The position numbers and the translations under genes were made by a program. From Phycisphaerae bacterium (GTDB lineage: Bacteria > Planctomycetota > Phycisphaerae > Tepidisphaerales > Tepidisphaeraceae), in NCBI GenBank assembly GCA_037189665.1, contig JBBCIV010000030.1, positions 1-48,087 of the forward strand: 48,087 nt of DNA, written 5' to 3'. Positions 36,257 to 46,200 of this stretch are shown in pieces (the first letter of the stretch is position 1; each line of letters starts with the position of its first letter). The notes under the pieces were generated by a model. It did not search any database. It had not been told where the DNA came from and saw only the letters and a program-made list of their open reading frames with translations.

Positions 36257-37945
36257 TCACGCCTGGGCCTTCGGGGCCGCGGGTCGCGACGACGCGGACG
36301 AGGAACTCGCCTGTCCACGGAGTACGCGGAGCACTTCCTCGACGCTCGTGTCGCCCAGTTCCACGCGGGCCAGCGCCGATTCCTGCAGGTAGCGCTGGCG
36401 CTGCTTGCGAAACAGGGCTTTGAGCTGGTTGACGGTCCCGCCGGCGAGGACGGCCTTGCGGACATCGTCGTCGATCTTGAACATCTCGAACACGCCCGTC
36501 CGGCCGAGGTAGGCCAGGCCGTGGCAGAAGGGGCAGATCACCTCGTTGCCCTTCGGATCGCGCATCGGCTCCTTGCGCGCCTGGTACAGCTTGTCTACCC
36601 GGTCGGCGGCCATGTTCATCTTTTTGAGTGCGTCGGGGTCGGGCGTGTAGGCCACCTTGCAGGCGTTGCACAGCACGCGCACCAGCCGTTCGGCGATCAC
36701 CAGCCGCAGGCTGCTCATGGCCAGATCGTCGTCGCCGACCAGCTTTCGCCACTGGGCCAGCGCGTCGAAGGTGGTGGGGGCCCGCATCGCGACGTAGGCC
36801 CGCTTGCCCGCCTTGGCGTACTTGGCCAGGTCGATCGCGGTCCGCGGGTCTTCGATGCGGTCGATGTAGATGACGTCCGGCTCCTGCGAGATGAGCCAGT
36901 CGATCTGCTTCGATTCCTCCGCGGCCGGAGCGCTGGCCGGGAGGGCGTTGTGACGGATGCCTTCGAGGTCGGTCTGCTGGTCGCGCTCCAGCGTCTGGAT
37001 GTGCGACAGGAACGCGTCGTGCTTGCGAAGGATCGCGTAACACAGGTTTGTGAGGCCCTGCCCGTCGGGCGCGGTGAGCAGCACCACGCCCGACGGTTCG
37101 GCGATGGTGTCCACGAGCAGGTCGTACTGGTCCTTCAGCAGGCCCAGCGAATCGACGGTGATGTTGAACTGCTTCTTGAAATCGACCTGCAGCCGCATCA
37201 GTTCGCCGGCGGTGGAGCCGGCGGTGTAGACGTCGATGTCGTGCTTGCCCTGCTGAGTGCCGATCTTCATCTTGCCGGTCTGCGGCTTGCGGCGGTCGCC
37301 GATGTCGAGGCCCGCCAGCGTCTTGGTCAGCTCGACCGCCGAGGCGGCGAGTTCCCGCGTGAACGTGCGGCCCTCGAAGGTGACGCCGTCCACCGAGTAT
37401 CGCTGCACCGCGCCGCCTTCGACCGGGCGAAGGTCGATGCGCTGGGCCTTGAGCTTCATCGGCCCCTGCAAGAGCGATTGCAGCGCGTCGAACGCTGGAC
37501 GGGTGGGGTCCTCGTCCGCAGGCGGGGGGAGGGCGGCGCCGGATTTGTCCATCAGCACCAGCGCGCCTTCGGTCGCCTTCACTTCCTTTTCCTTCTTCTT
37601 CGTGAGGCCGGAGAAGGCGTTCTTGATTTCGTCTTTCAGGTCGGCAAGGCCGACCGTCTGGTTGCGCCAGATGAGGTAGTAGCCAACGCAGGCGAAGAAG
37701 AAGAACAGGAACACCGCCAGCGCCGCCCAGTAGTTCGGCAGCAGCAGCATCGCGACGATGGCCAGCGCCCAGGCGCCGAGGTTAATCCCGTTGACCGCCT
37801 CGCGCGGCATGTGGGCATTGTGGGTGTCCTTGTCGGCCCAGGTCATCAGCCGAAGCCAGCCGAGCGACACCAGCACTACGGGCAGGAGTTTGAAACCATT
37901 GATGTAATTGCCGAACTCCCCGGCGGCCAGCAGCGGTTGATCCAT
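36257..37945 (-). CDS. Membrane-anchored GspE/PilB-like protein with degenerate ATPase motifs (probable pseudo-ATPase)
   Basis: Start at MDQPLL (ATG 37945, GAGGAG RBS). 2-3 N-terminal TM helices. GspE-like core retains the tetracysteine motif LCNACK...CPFCHG. Walker A is LTAPDGQGLT (no Lys). The Asp-box/Walker B region is PDVIYIDRIED (catalytic Glu lost). Confidence 0.7.
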   Translation of the reverse strand: MDQPLLAAGEFGNYINGFKLLPVVLVSLGWLRLMTWADKDTHNAHMPREAVNGINLGAWALAIVAMLLLPNYWAALAVFLFFFFACVGYYLIWRNQTVGLADLKDEIKNAFSGLTKKKEKEVKATEGALVLMDKSGAALPPPADEDPTRPAFDALQSLLQGPMKLKAQRIDLRPVEGGAVQRYSVDGVTFEGRTFTRELAASAVELTKTLAGLDIGDRRKPQTGKMKIGTQQGKHDIDVYTAGSTAGELMRLQVDFKKQFNITVDSLGLLKDQYDLLVDTIAEPSGVVLLTAPDGQGLTNLCYAILRKHDAFLSHIQTLERDQQTDLEGIRHNALPASAPAAEESKQIDWLISQEPDVIYIDRIEDPRTAIDLAKYAKAGKRAYVAMRAPTTFDALAQWRKLVGDDDLAMSSLRLVIAERLVRVLCNACKVAYTPDPDALKKMNMAADRVDKLYQARKEPMRDPKGNEVICPFCHGLAYLGRTGVFEMFKIDDDVRKAVLAGGTVNQLKALFRKQRQRYLQESALARVELGDTSVEEVLRVLRGQASSSSASSRPAAPKAQA

Positions 37946-38116
37946 CGAAGCTCCTCGCGGACACACGTTCCCCCTGTCGCCCCGCAACGTCGGGACAGAC
38001 CAGCGATTGTATCCCGCTGTGCGTAATTGCCAAACCTGCGGGGATTTGTAAAACAGGCATCGCAGAAGTTCCGGAATTTCGGCTTCAGAGCCCCGGCGCG
38101 TTATCCTGCTGCTGCG

Positions 38117-38656
38117 ATGTTCGGATTTGGAAAGAAAAGCTCAGATCCCGAACCCGTCGGCCCCCAGGTTTCGACCCGCTACTGCACCGACAAGTTCAAC
38201 GGAAAATATCCCCACGTCGGGCTGTACGACTGTCGCGAACGAAAGGTCTGGGTCGCAAAACCCCTGAACGGGCAGGCCATCCGTACCAGCCACGCCCGGC
38301 TCATCACCGGGGCCGACAACGCCACCAGTACGGTTTGGAAAGATCGGTTCCTGTGTTTCTGGTTCTACACCCCGGATACAGGGCAGGGCTTCATCCTCGG
38401 CTACCCCATCGACTGGACCGAGGCCCACCTGCTGGTCCGCATCGACCCCCAGTGGGACTACGACCGCCAGCGCCTCATCCCGCCCGAACTGACGGACCAG
38501 ATCGACGACAACATCGAACGCCAGATCAAGCACGGCCAGCGGATCTTCGACTTCTTCGCCGCCTGCAAGCTTTCCTATCCCGTCAGCCTCCACCTTGTCG
38601 GACAGCGAGCGAGCGAGTCGCAGTTCTACCTGAAACGCGTGGAGGCGACGAAGTAG
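38117..38656 (+). CDS. Hypothetical protein (179 aa)
   Basis: Start at MFGFGKK (ATG 38117). No TM segments and no recognised motifs. Coding-like composition. Confidence 0.5.
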   Translation: MFGFGKKSSDPEPVGPQVSTRYCTDKFNGKYPHVGLYDCRERKVWVAKPLNGQAIRTSHARLITGADNATSTVWKDRFLCFWFYTPDTGQGFILGYPIDWTEAHLLVRIDPQWDYDRQRLIPPELTDQIDDNIERQIKHGQRIFDFFAACKLSYPVSLHLVGQRASESQFYLKRVEATK

Positions 38657-38870
38657 CGCAGTTGTGCCCCGTCCGCGTCCACGTCCGCGGCGACTGCGCG
38701 GGCAAATCCTGACCCATATCGTCGCACAGACGGGTTTACCGCAAGGCAAACCGCGCGACCGCCGATCTTGCCCGCTAGAAGGCGCGCGTCGACATGACGC
38801 GCGCGATATCTATACTCGGACGTTCCAAATAAGACGTCCTTTTGAAACACGCGCGATCTCAGGTGAGCCG

Positions 38871-41450
38871 ATGGCAACGATTCCGAACATCAACATCCGT
38901 ACGTTCCAGGTCTTTCCCGACGTGCCGGCCAAGCTGCAGCCGCTGCTGGAGCTGGCGAAAAACCTGTGGTGGGTCTGGCAACCCGAGGCGGCGGACCTGT
39001 TTCGGCGGCTGGACCGAAAGCTGTGGGAAAAGGTCTATCACAACCCCATCAAGCTTCTCGGCGCCATCCCGCAAGAGCAGTTGCAGGAGGCCGCCACCGA
39101 TGACGGCTACCTGGCCCACCTGAACAGGGTGTATCAGCAGTTCAAAAACCACCTCGAAGAGCCTGGCTGGTACGCCACGCGCCACGCCGATGACGCGAAA
39201 CTGCGGGTCGCCTATTTTTCGGCGGAGTTCGGGTTGCACGAGTCGCTGCCGATCTACTCCGGCGGCCTGGGCATCCTGGCGGGCGATCACCTGAAGTCCG
39301 CCAGCGAGATCGGCCTGCCGCTCAGCGGCGTGGGGCTGCTGTACCGCAACGGCTATTTCGAGCAGTACCTCTCCGCCGACGGATGGCAGCAGGAGCGGTA
39401 TCCGGAGCTGGATTTTTATCAGCTTGCGATCGAGCCGTTGAAGAACGCGGATGGGTCGAACATCCAGGTTCAGGTCGAGATGCCCGACAGCACGGTCTTC
39501 ATCCGTGTGTGGAAGGCCCAGATCGGACGCGTGCCGCTGTACCTGCTGGACACCAACGTCCCCGAGAACTCGCCCGCCGACCGCGAGATCACCGCCCGGC
39601 TTTACGGCGGGGGCAGCGAAATGCGCATCCGCCAGGAGATCGTCCTCGGCATCGGCGGGGTACGGGCGCTGCAGGCGATCGGCGTGGACATCAACATCTA
39701 CCACATGAACGAGGGCCACTCCGCGTTCCTGGCGCTGGAGCGCATCCGCCAGGTGCTGGAAAGGACGAACCTCACGTTCGACGAGGCCCGCCAGCAGGTG
39801 ATGAGCACCAACGTCTTCACGACGCACACCCCCGTGCCGGCTGGGATCGATATGTTTCCGCCGGAGCTGGTGCTGAAGTACTTCAAGACGTATTACCCGA
39901 CGTTGAAGCTGGACGACGATGGCTTCCTCGCGCTCGGCCGCGAGGACGTGACCAACAAGAAGCAGGGCTTCTCGATGGCGGTCCTCGCGCTGCGACTGGC
40001 GGACACGTACAACGGCGTCTCCAAGCTGCACGGCGACGTGTCGCGCCGCATGTGGCACAACATCTGGCCGAACGTGCCGGTGCAGGAGGTGCCGATCAAG
40101 TCGGTCACCAACGGCATCCACGTGCGCACGTGGCTCAGCCAGGAGATGGTCTTCCTGCTCGACCGCTACCTTGGCGAGCGCTGGACCAGCGATCCGACCA
40201 ACCAGGAAGTATGGGAAGACGTCAGCCAGATCCCCGACGAAGAGCTGTGGCGCGCCCACGAGCGGTCGCGCGAAAAGCTGGTCGTCTGGACGCGCCAATC
40301 TCTCCGCGAACAGCTCGCCCGCCGCGGAGCGACGTACGAGGCGGTGGCGGTCGCGGACACGGTGCTCGATCCCGAGGCGCTCACGATCGGCTTTGCCCGG
40401 CGGTTCGCGACGTACAAGCGCGGCGCGCTGGTGCTGCGCGACCTCGATCGCCTGAAACGGCTGCTCGAAGACGCGAAGCGGCCGATCCAGTTCCTCTTCG
40501 CCGGCAAGGCGCACCCGGCCGACCACGAGGGCAAGGAGCTGATCAAGTCGATCGTCAACTTCGCCCGCGACCCGGCTTTGCGCCGCAAGTTCGTCTTCAT
40601 CGAGAACTACGACATGAACGTCGCCCGCCACCTGGTGCAGGGGGTGGACGTGTGGCTGAACACCCCGCGCCGGCCTTACGAGGCGTCGGGCACGTCCGGC
40701 ATGAAGGCGGCGGCGAACGGGGTGTTGAACTGCTCGATCCTCGACGGGTGGTGGGTCGAAGGCTTTGCCCTCGATCCGCTGGCCGGGTGGGCGATCGGGC
40801 ACGGCGAGACCTATCCCGACGCCAACTACCAGGACTACGTCGAAAGCCAGTCGCTCTACGACATCCTCGAAAAGCAGATCGTCCCGACGTTTTACGATCG
40901 CGGCGTCGATAACGTGCCGCACGAGTGGGTACGCCGCATGAAGGCGTGCATGCGCGTGCTGGCGCCGGTGTTCAACACCAACCGCATGGTGCGCGAGTAC
41001 GCCGAAGCGCTGTACGTCCCCGCGATGCGTCGCGGCACGGCACTGGCGGCGGGCAACCTCGATCGCGCGGTCAAGCTGGCACACACGAAGGACCACCTCC
41101 GCGCCAAGTGGGGCGGCATCAAGGTGATCGGCGTGCACACGTCCGGCAACGGGCACTACAAGGTCGGCGAGACGCTTCAGGTGGAAGCGCTGGTCGAGCT
41201 GCCCGACCTTGCGCCCGCCGACGTATCGGTGGAACTGTACGCCGGGGCGATCACGAGCGCGGGCGACGAGATCGACAACCCGCAGGTGATCAAGATGGCC
41301 CACACCCGCGAGGTCGCCCCCGGGCGCCATTTGTTTACCGGCCGGCTGGCGTGCAAGATTTCCGGCCGCCAAGGGTTCGCCCTTCGCGTCATTCCCGGCT
41401 CGGCGGACATGGCTACGCCGTTCGAGCCCGGCCTGATCCTCTGGAACTGA
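38871..41450 (+). CDS. glgP: Alpha-glucan (glycogen/maltodextrin) phosphorylase, GT35 alpha-glucan-phosphorylase subfamily
   Basis: MATIPNINIRTFQVFPDVPAKL...NLWWVW N-terminal domain and PLP-site EASGTSGMKAAANGVLNCSILDGWWVEG. Length ~859 aa. Confidence 0.9.
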   Translation: MATIPNINIRTFQVFPDVPAKLQPLLELAKNLWWVWQPEAADLFRRLDRKLWEKVYHNPIKLLGAIPQEQLQEAATDDGYLAHLNRVYQQFKNHLEEPGWYATRHADDAKLRVAYFSAEFGLHESLPIYSGGLGILAGDHLKSASEIGLPLSGVGLLYRNGYFEQYLSADGWQQERYPELDFYQLAIEPLKNADGSNIQVQVEMPDSTVFIRVWKAQIGRVPLYLLDTNVPENSPADREITARLYGGGSEMRIRQEIVLGIGGVRALQAIGVDINIYHMNEGHSAFLALERIRQVLERTNLTFDEARQQVMSTNVFTTHTPVPAGIDMFPPELVLKYFKTYYPTLKLDDDGFLALGREDVTNKKQGFSMAVLALRLADTYNGVSKLHGDVSRRMWHNIWPNVPVQEVPIKSVTNGIHVRTWLSQEMVFLLDRYLGERWTSDPTNQEVWEDVSQIPDEELWRAHERSREKLVVWTRQSLREQLARRGATYEAVAVADTVLDPEALTIGFARRFATYKRGALVLRDLDRLKRLLEDAKRPIQFLFAGKAHPADHEGKELIKSIVNFARDPALRRKFVFIENYDMNVARHLVQGVDVWLNTPRRPYEASGTSGMKAAANGVLNCSILDGWWVEGFALDPLAGWAIGHGETYPDANYQDYVESQSLYDILEKQIVPTFYDRGVDNVPHEWVRRMKACMRVLAPVFNTNRMVREYAEALYVPAMRRGTALAAGNLDRAVKLAHTKDHLRAKWGGIKVIGVHTSGNGHYKVGETLQVEALVELPDLAPADVSVELYAGAITSAGDEIDNPQVIKMAHTREVAPGRHLFTGRLACKISGRQGFALRVIPGSADMATPFEPGLILWN

Positions 41451-41465
41451 TCAGAGCAAAAGACA

Positions 41466-41520
41466 AACCGCAGGTGACGCAGATTGAATGCACGATCTGC
41501 GTCACCTGCGGTTGTGTTTT
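41466..41520. terminator. Bidirectional intrinsic terminator: perfect 19-bp inverted repeat
   Basis: AACCGCAGGTGACGCAGAT-tgaatgcacg-ATCTGCGTCACCTGCGGTT, followed by GTGTTTTGGGG on the plus strand and TTTGTCTTTTG on the minus strand. Sits between convergent glgP and the lipase-like gene. Confidence 0.6.
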
Positions 41521-41536
41521 GGGGTTGGCCGAAACC

Positions 41537-42334
41537 TCAGTCGAGCTTCGCCTGCGATGGGTTCGTCGTCGGGCGGGCCGGCGTGTCCGTGCTGGTCAGC
41601 GCAGGGATCGGCGTAGACGGCGGGGCGTTGCGGGCCGCCCAGATCGGGCGGGTGACGCAGATCTGCTTGATCTGCTTGATCACCTCGGCGTGAACCTTTT
41701 CCTTCTTCTCGATGTTGAAGTGGTTCAGGCCGGATTCCAGCAGGTCCTGGCGTTCCTTGCGGATATCCTGGTTGACCAGCATCACGCTGCCGGGGCGCTC
41801 GGCCTCCAGCGGGATGCCACGCAGCCAGGGCAGGTTGTCCATCGCGCCGTTGGACTGATACAGGTTGATGACTTTCGCGACGTTGTGCGGCACCTTGGGC
41901 GGGGTGACGGGGTCGAGCGTGATGAGCAGGTCGATCTTCACATCTCGCTCTTTCAGCCGCTGCGCGATGCGGACGATGTTGTCCGCGCCGTAGCTGTGGC
42001 CGACGAGCACGACAGGCTCGGCTTTGGGATTAGCCTTGTAAGCCTCGGCGATCGCATCCGCGACGCTCGGCCACTGATCGGCTTGGTACACGTGCGAGCG
42101 GATGCCCTGGCTGGCGAGCTCTTCGTTCAGCGTGTTCATCCCGGTTGAAAAGACCCCGATGAACCCGCGGAACAGGTAGGCGTTGCCGACGCGCTCGTGC
42201 TGCAACTCGGACACCGGCTGGATGTCCGTGAGGCTGCCCGGCGAAATGTTGGCGCAGCCCGTCGCCAGCGCCGGCAAAAGCAAGAGTCCGAGAAGTTTCG
42301 AGCGGATACCCAACATATTCCCTACCTGAAGCAT
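41537..42334 (-). CDS. Alpha/beta-hydrolase (lipase/esterase-like) lipoprotein
   Basis: Signal/lipobox MLGIRSKLLGLLLLPALATGC and nucleophile elbow LVGHSYGADN (G-H-S-Y-G). Start ATG 42334; alternative start ATG 42316. Confidence 0.65.
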   Translation of the reverse strand: MLQVGNMLGIRSKLLGLLLLPALATGCANISPGSLTDIQPVSELQHERVGNAYLFRGFIGVFSTGMNTLNEELASQGIRSHVYQADQWPSVADAIAEAYKANPKAEPVVLVGHSYGADNIVRIAQRLKERDVKIDLLITLDPVTPPKVPHNVAKVINLYQSNGAMDNLPWLRGIPLEAERPGSVMLVNQDIRKERQDLLESGLNHFNIEKKEKVHAEVIKQIKQICVTRPIWAARNAPPSTPIPALTSTDTPARPTTNPSQAKLD

Positions 42335-42371
42335 ATGCGGCTTCTCGCCTGAAGTGGCGGTGAACCGCATT

Positions 42372-43133
42372 TCACAACAGTTCCACATGCCCGGCGACGA
42401 CGCGAAACAGCTTCTGCGACGTCCGGACAAGCAGCCTTCCTTCTGCATCCATGCCCTCGCACGGGCCTTGGATGACCCCGCCTCCCGGCTCCGACACGCG
42501 AACGCGACGGCCGACCAGGACGTGGAAACGGTTGTATTCGGGCAAAATCGCCCCGAACGAGCCGAACTCCCGCTTTAACAGCAACTTATCGAGTTGCGTC
42601 GATATCGCGGTCAGGACGGCCTGAAGCGGCATTTCCCTTCCAACAACCGCCTTCAGGCTCGTCACGCGATGCCTGAGGCTGGAAGGTATGTCGTCTATAT
42701 CGACGTTGACGTTTAGACCGAGGCCGATCAAATCTGCCCCGTCCACCCGTTCGCACAGCAGGCCGGCGAGCTTCAGGCCGTCGTGCCAGAGGTCGTTCGG
42801 CCATTTTAATTGGATGTCGTCCCCGCCGGTCAGCCCCCTGAGTGCCCGATGCACCGCCAGCCCGGCGATCAGCGGAACGCGGTGGGGGACGATCCGCTCA
42901 TCGCTCGGCACCGCGAACGTGACCGTCAGCGATCCCGATCCCGACCACCACGTATTCGTTCCTCGTCCCCGTCCGGCAAGCTGATGGTTCGTCAGTACCA
43001 CGGCAGGGCAATAGAGCTTTCCGGCACGCCGCAGCGCGGCGGCGTGGTCGTTGGTCGAGCGAAGTCGCGTGAAGAAATACAGCCGGAACGGCTTCAGCTG
43101 CTTTCGTAGCGAATCAAGGCGAAAACGGTTCAT
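42372..43133 (-). CDS. birA: Biotin--[acetyl-CoA-carboxylase] ligase (group I, no N-terminal HTH)
   Basis: QLAGRGRGTNTWWSGSG (BirA GRGRxGRxW motif). At 253 aa it lacks a DNA-binding domain. Confidence 0.8.
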   Translation of the reverse strand: MNRFRLDSLRKQLKPFRLYFFTRLRSTNDHAAALRRAGKLYCPAVVLTNHQLAGRGRGTNTWWSGSGSLTVTFAVPSDERIVPHRVPLIAGLAVHRALRGLTGGDDIQLKWPNDLWHDGLKLAGLLCERVDGADLIGLGLNVNVDIDDIPSSLRHRVTSLKAVVGREMPLQAVLTAISTQLDKLLLKREFGSFGAILPEYNRFHVLVGRRVRVSEPGGGVIQGPCEGMDAEGRLLVRTSQKLFRVVAGHVELL

Positions 43134-43235
43134 TGGGGAGGAGACAGGAGACAGAAGTCAGGAGGCAGGAGGAAGAAGAACCAGGCAGCCCGCGTTTCTT
43201 CTGTCTCCTATCTCCCGTCTCCTGTCTCCCTCCCA
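43134..43235. repeat. ~100-nt imperfect inverted repeat built from GGAGACA-type purine repeats and complementary CTCCTGTCTCC pyrimidine repeats; fills the pyc-birA spacer
   Basis: Left arm ggggaggagacaggagacagaag. Right arm cttctgtctcctatctcccgtctcctgtctccctccc is the reverse complement with a 14-nt internal duplication. The CU-rich arm abuts the birA start codon on the mRNA strand. Confidence 0.4.
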
Positions 43236-46200
43236 TTACTCCAGTACGATCAACAAGTCTCCCGCCGCGACGGTGGTGCCGAGCTTCACGTCCACCGATC
43301 CGACGGTCGCCGCCCGCGGCGAGTAGACGGCGGTCTCCATCTTCATTGCTTCGATGCTGAGGAGCTTCTCGCCTTCCTTCACCTGCTGGCCGGCCTTCAC
43401 TGCGATGGTGCTGATCTTGCCGGGCATCGGGGCGCCGATGTGGTGGGCGTTGTCCGGGTCGGCCTTGGGCTGTTTGTGCAGCTTGCCTTCCAGCGACCGG
43501 TCGGCGACGCGCACCTCGCGCGGCTGGCCGTTCAGTTCGAAGAACACCGTGCGCGTGCCGTCGTCGTGCGGGTCGCTGGTGGTCAGGAATCGCACGATGA
43601 GCGTCTTGCCCGGCTCGATCTCCACGTTCACCTCGTCGCCGCGCTGCAGCCCGTAGAAGAACGTGGTGGTGGGGAGGACCGACGTGTCGCTGTAAAGCTT
43701 CACGTGCTCCTGGAAATCGTTGTACACCTGTGGGTACATGAGGTACGCCATCACGTCGTCTTCGGTGACGTCGCGCTTCAGCTTCTCGGCCAGATCCTTC
43801 TGGACCTTCTTCAGGTTCACCTTCGGGAGCGCCGCGCTGAGCCGGCCCTTATGCGGCTTCACGCCTGCGCTATCGAGGATGATCTTCTGCAGCACCTTCG
43901 GCCAGCCGCCTTGCGGTACGCCGATCGCGCCCTGCATCATTTCGACGACCGACTTCGGGAACGACAGCTTCTTGGCCGGGTTCAGCACGTCCATCGCGGT
44001 GAGGTTGTTGGTCACCATGAACAGCGCCATATCGCCGACCACCTTGCTCGACGGCGTCACCTTGACGATGTCGCCGAAAAGCTGGTTCACCTCGGCGTAG
44101 GCGTTGGCGACGTCCTTCCAGCGGTCGGCCAGGTGCAGCGCCTTGGCCTGCTGCTTGAGGTTCGTGAACTGCCCGCCGGGCATCTCGTGGTGATACACCT
44201 CGGCCGACGGGGCCTTGATGTTTTCCTCGAACGGATAGTACAGGTCGCGGACCTGCTCCCAGTAGAGGGCGGCGTCCTCGAGCGCCTCAAAGTCGATCTT
44301 CGTGTCGCGCGGCGTGTGCTGAAGCGCGGCGACGATCGAGTTGAGGTTGGGCTGGCTGGTCATGCCGCTGAAGGCGCTGATGGCGGCGTCGGCGACGTCC
44401 ACGCCCGCGTCGGCGGCGCGGAGGATCGAGCCGGCGTTGATGCCGCTGGTATCGTGCGTGTGGAAGTGCAGGGGGACGCCGATCTCGTTCTTCAGGGCCT
44501 TCACCAGCGTGCTTGCCGCATACGGCTTGCACAGGCCGGCCATGTCTTTGATGGCGATCATGTGCGCGCCCATCTTCACCAGCGTTTTGGCCAGATCGAC
44601 GTAGTACTTCAGCGAATACTTCGACCGTGCCGGATTGAGGATGTCGCCGGTGTAGCAGATCGCGCCCTCGCAGATCGACTTCGTCTCCGTCCGCACCGCC
44701 TCCATCGCGACGGCCATGTTCTCGGGCACGTTCAGCGAGTCGAAGATGCGGAACACGTCCATCCCGCGCTGGCTGGCGTGCTTGACGAACTCGCGCACGA
44801 CGTTGTCCGGGTAGTTCGTATACCCGACCGCGTTGCTGCCGCGGAACAGCATCTGAAGCAGCACGTTCGGGATCTTGGCGCGAAGCGTCGCGAGCCGCTC
44901 GTACGGGTCTTCCTGAAGGAAGCGCATGGCGGTGTCGAACGTGGCGCCGCCCCAGCATTCGATGCTGAACAGCTTGCTCAGCTTGTGGGCGTAGAAGTCG
45001 ACCACCTTCACCATGTCGTAGGTGCGAACGCGCGTCGCCAAGAGCGACTGATGCGCGTCGCGCATCGTCGTATCGGTGATGAAGAGGTTCTTCTGCTTCA
45101 GCACCCATTCGCAGAATTTCTCCGGGCCCAGTTCGTCGAGCTTGGTCTTCGTGCCGGCGGGAATGGGCTTGTTGTGATCGAACGCGGGCACGACGGGCGT
45201 GATCAGCTCGCGCTTCGGATCGACCTTGCCCTTCACCTCCGGCCGGCCGTTGACGACGACGTTGCCGATGTAGCCGAGGAGCTTCGTCGCGCGGTCGCGC
45301 CGCGGGCTGAACTTGAACAGCTCGGGGTGCGTGTCGATGAAGGTCGTCGTCGCGTCGCCCTTGACGAACGTGGGGTGGTTGATCAGGTTCTCGAGGAACG
45401 GGATGTTGCTCTTCACCCCGCGCACGCGGAACTCGCGCAGCGCGCGGTCGGCCCGCTTGATCGCGTCCAGCGGCGTCTGACCCCAGGCGGTGAGCTTCAC
45501 CAGCAGCGAGTCGAAGTAGGGCGTGATGACCGCCCCGGAAAACGCCGAGCCGCCGTCAAGGCGAATGCCGAAGCCCGCCGGCGAGCGGTAGGTGGTGAGC
45601 CGGCCGTAGTCGGGGATGAACTTGTTGGCGGGGTCTTCGCTGGTGATGCGGCACTGGATGGCGGTGCCGTTGGTCTCGATCTTGTCCTGCCTGGGGATGT
45701 TGATCTTCGCGTCGTGCAGCTTGTAGCCCTGCGCCACGAGGATCTGCGTCTTGACGATGTCGATGCCGGTCACCTGCTCGGTGACGGTGTGCTCCACCTG
45801 GATGCGCGGGTTGACCTCAATGAAGAAGAAATCGCCGCGGTCGTCGTCGAGCAGAAACTCGACCGTGCCGGCGGCGATGTAGTTCGCGCTCTTCATCAGT
45901 CGCACGGCGGCGTTGCAGATGTCCTCTCGCAACTGGCGCGGCAGGTTGAACGACGGGGCGACCTCCACCACCTTCTGGTGGCGACGCTGCACGGAGCAAT
46001 CGCGCTCCCACAGGTGAACGAGGTTGCCGTGCTTGTCGCCGACGATCTGCACTTCGATGTGCCGGGCGCGCTTGATATAGCGTTCGACGAACACCTCCGA
46101 CCGGCCGAACGCCGCGCCGGCTTCGCGCTGGGCTTCTTCGAGCTTGGCGTGCAGATCCTCGGGCTTCTCGACCACGCGCATCCCGCGTCCGCCGCCGCCG

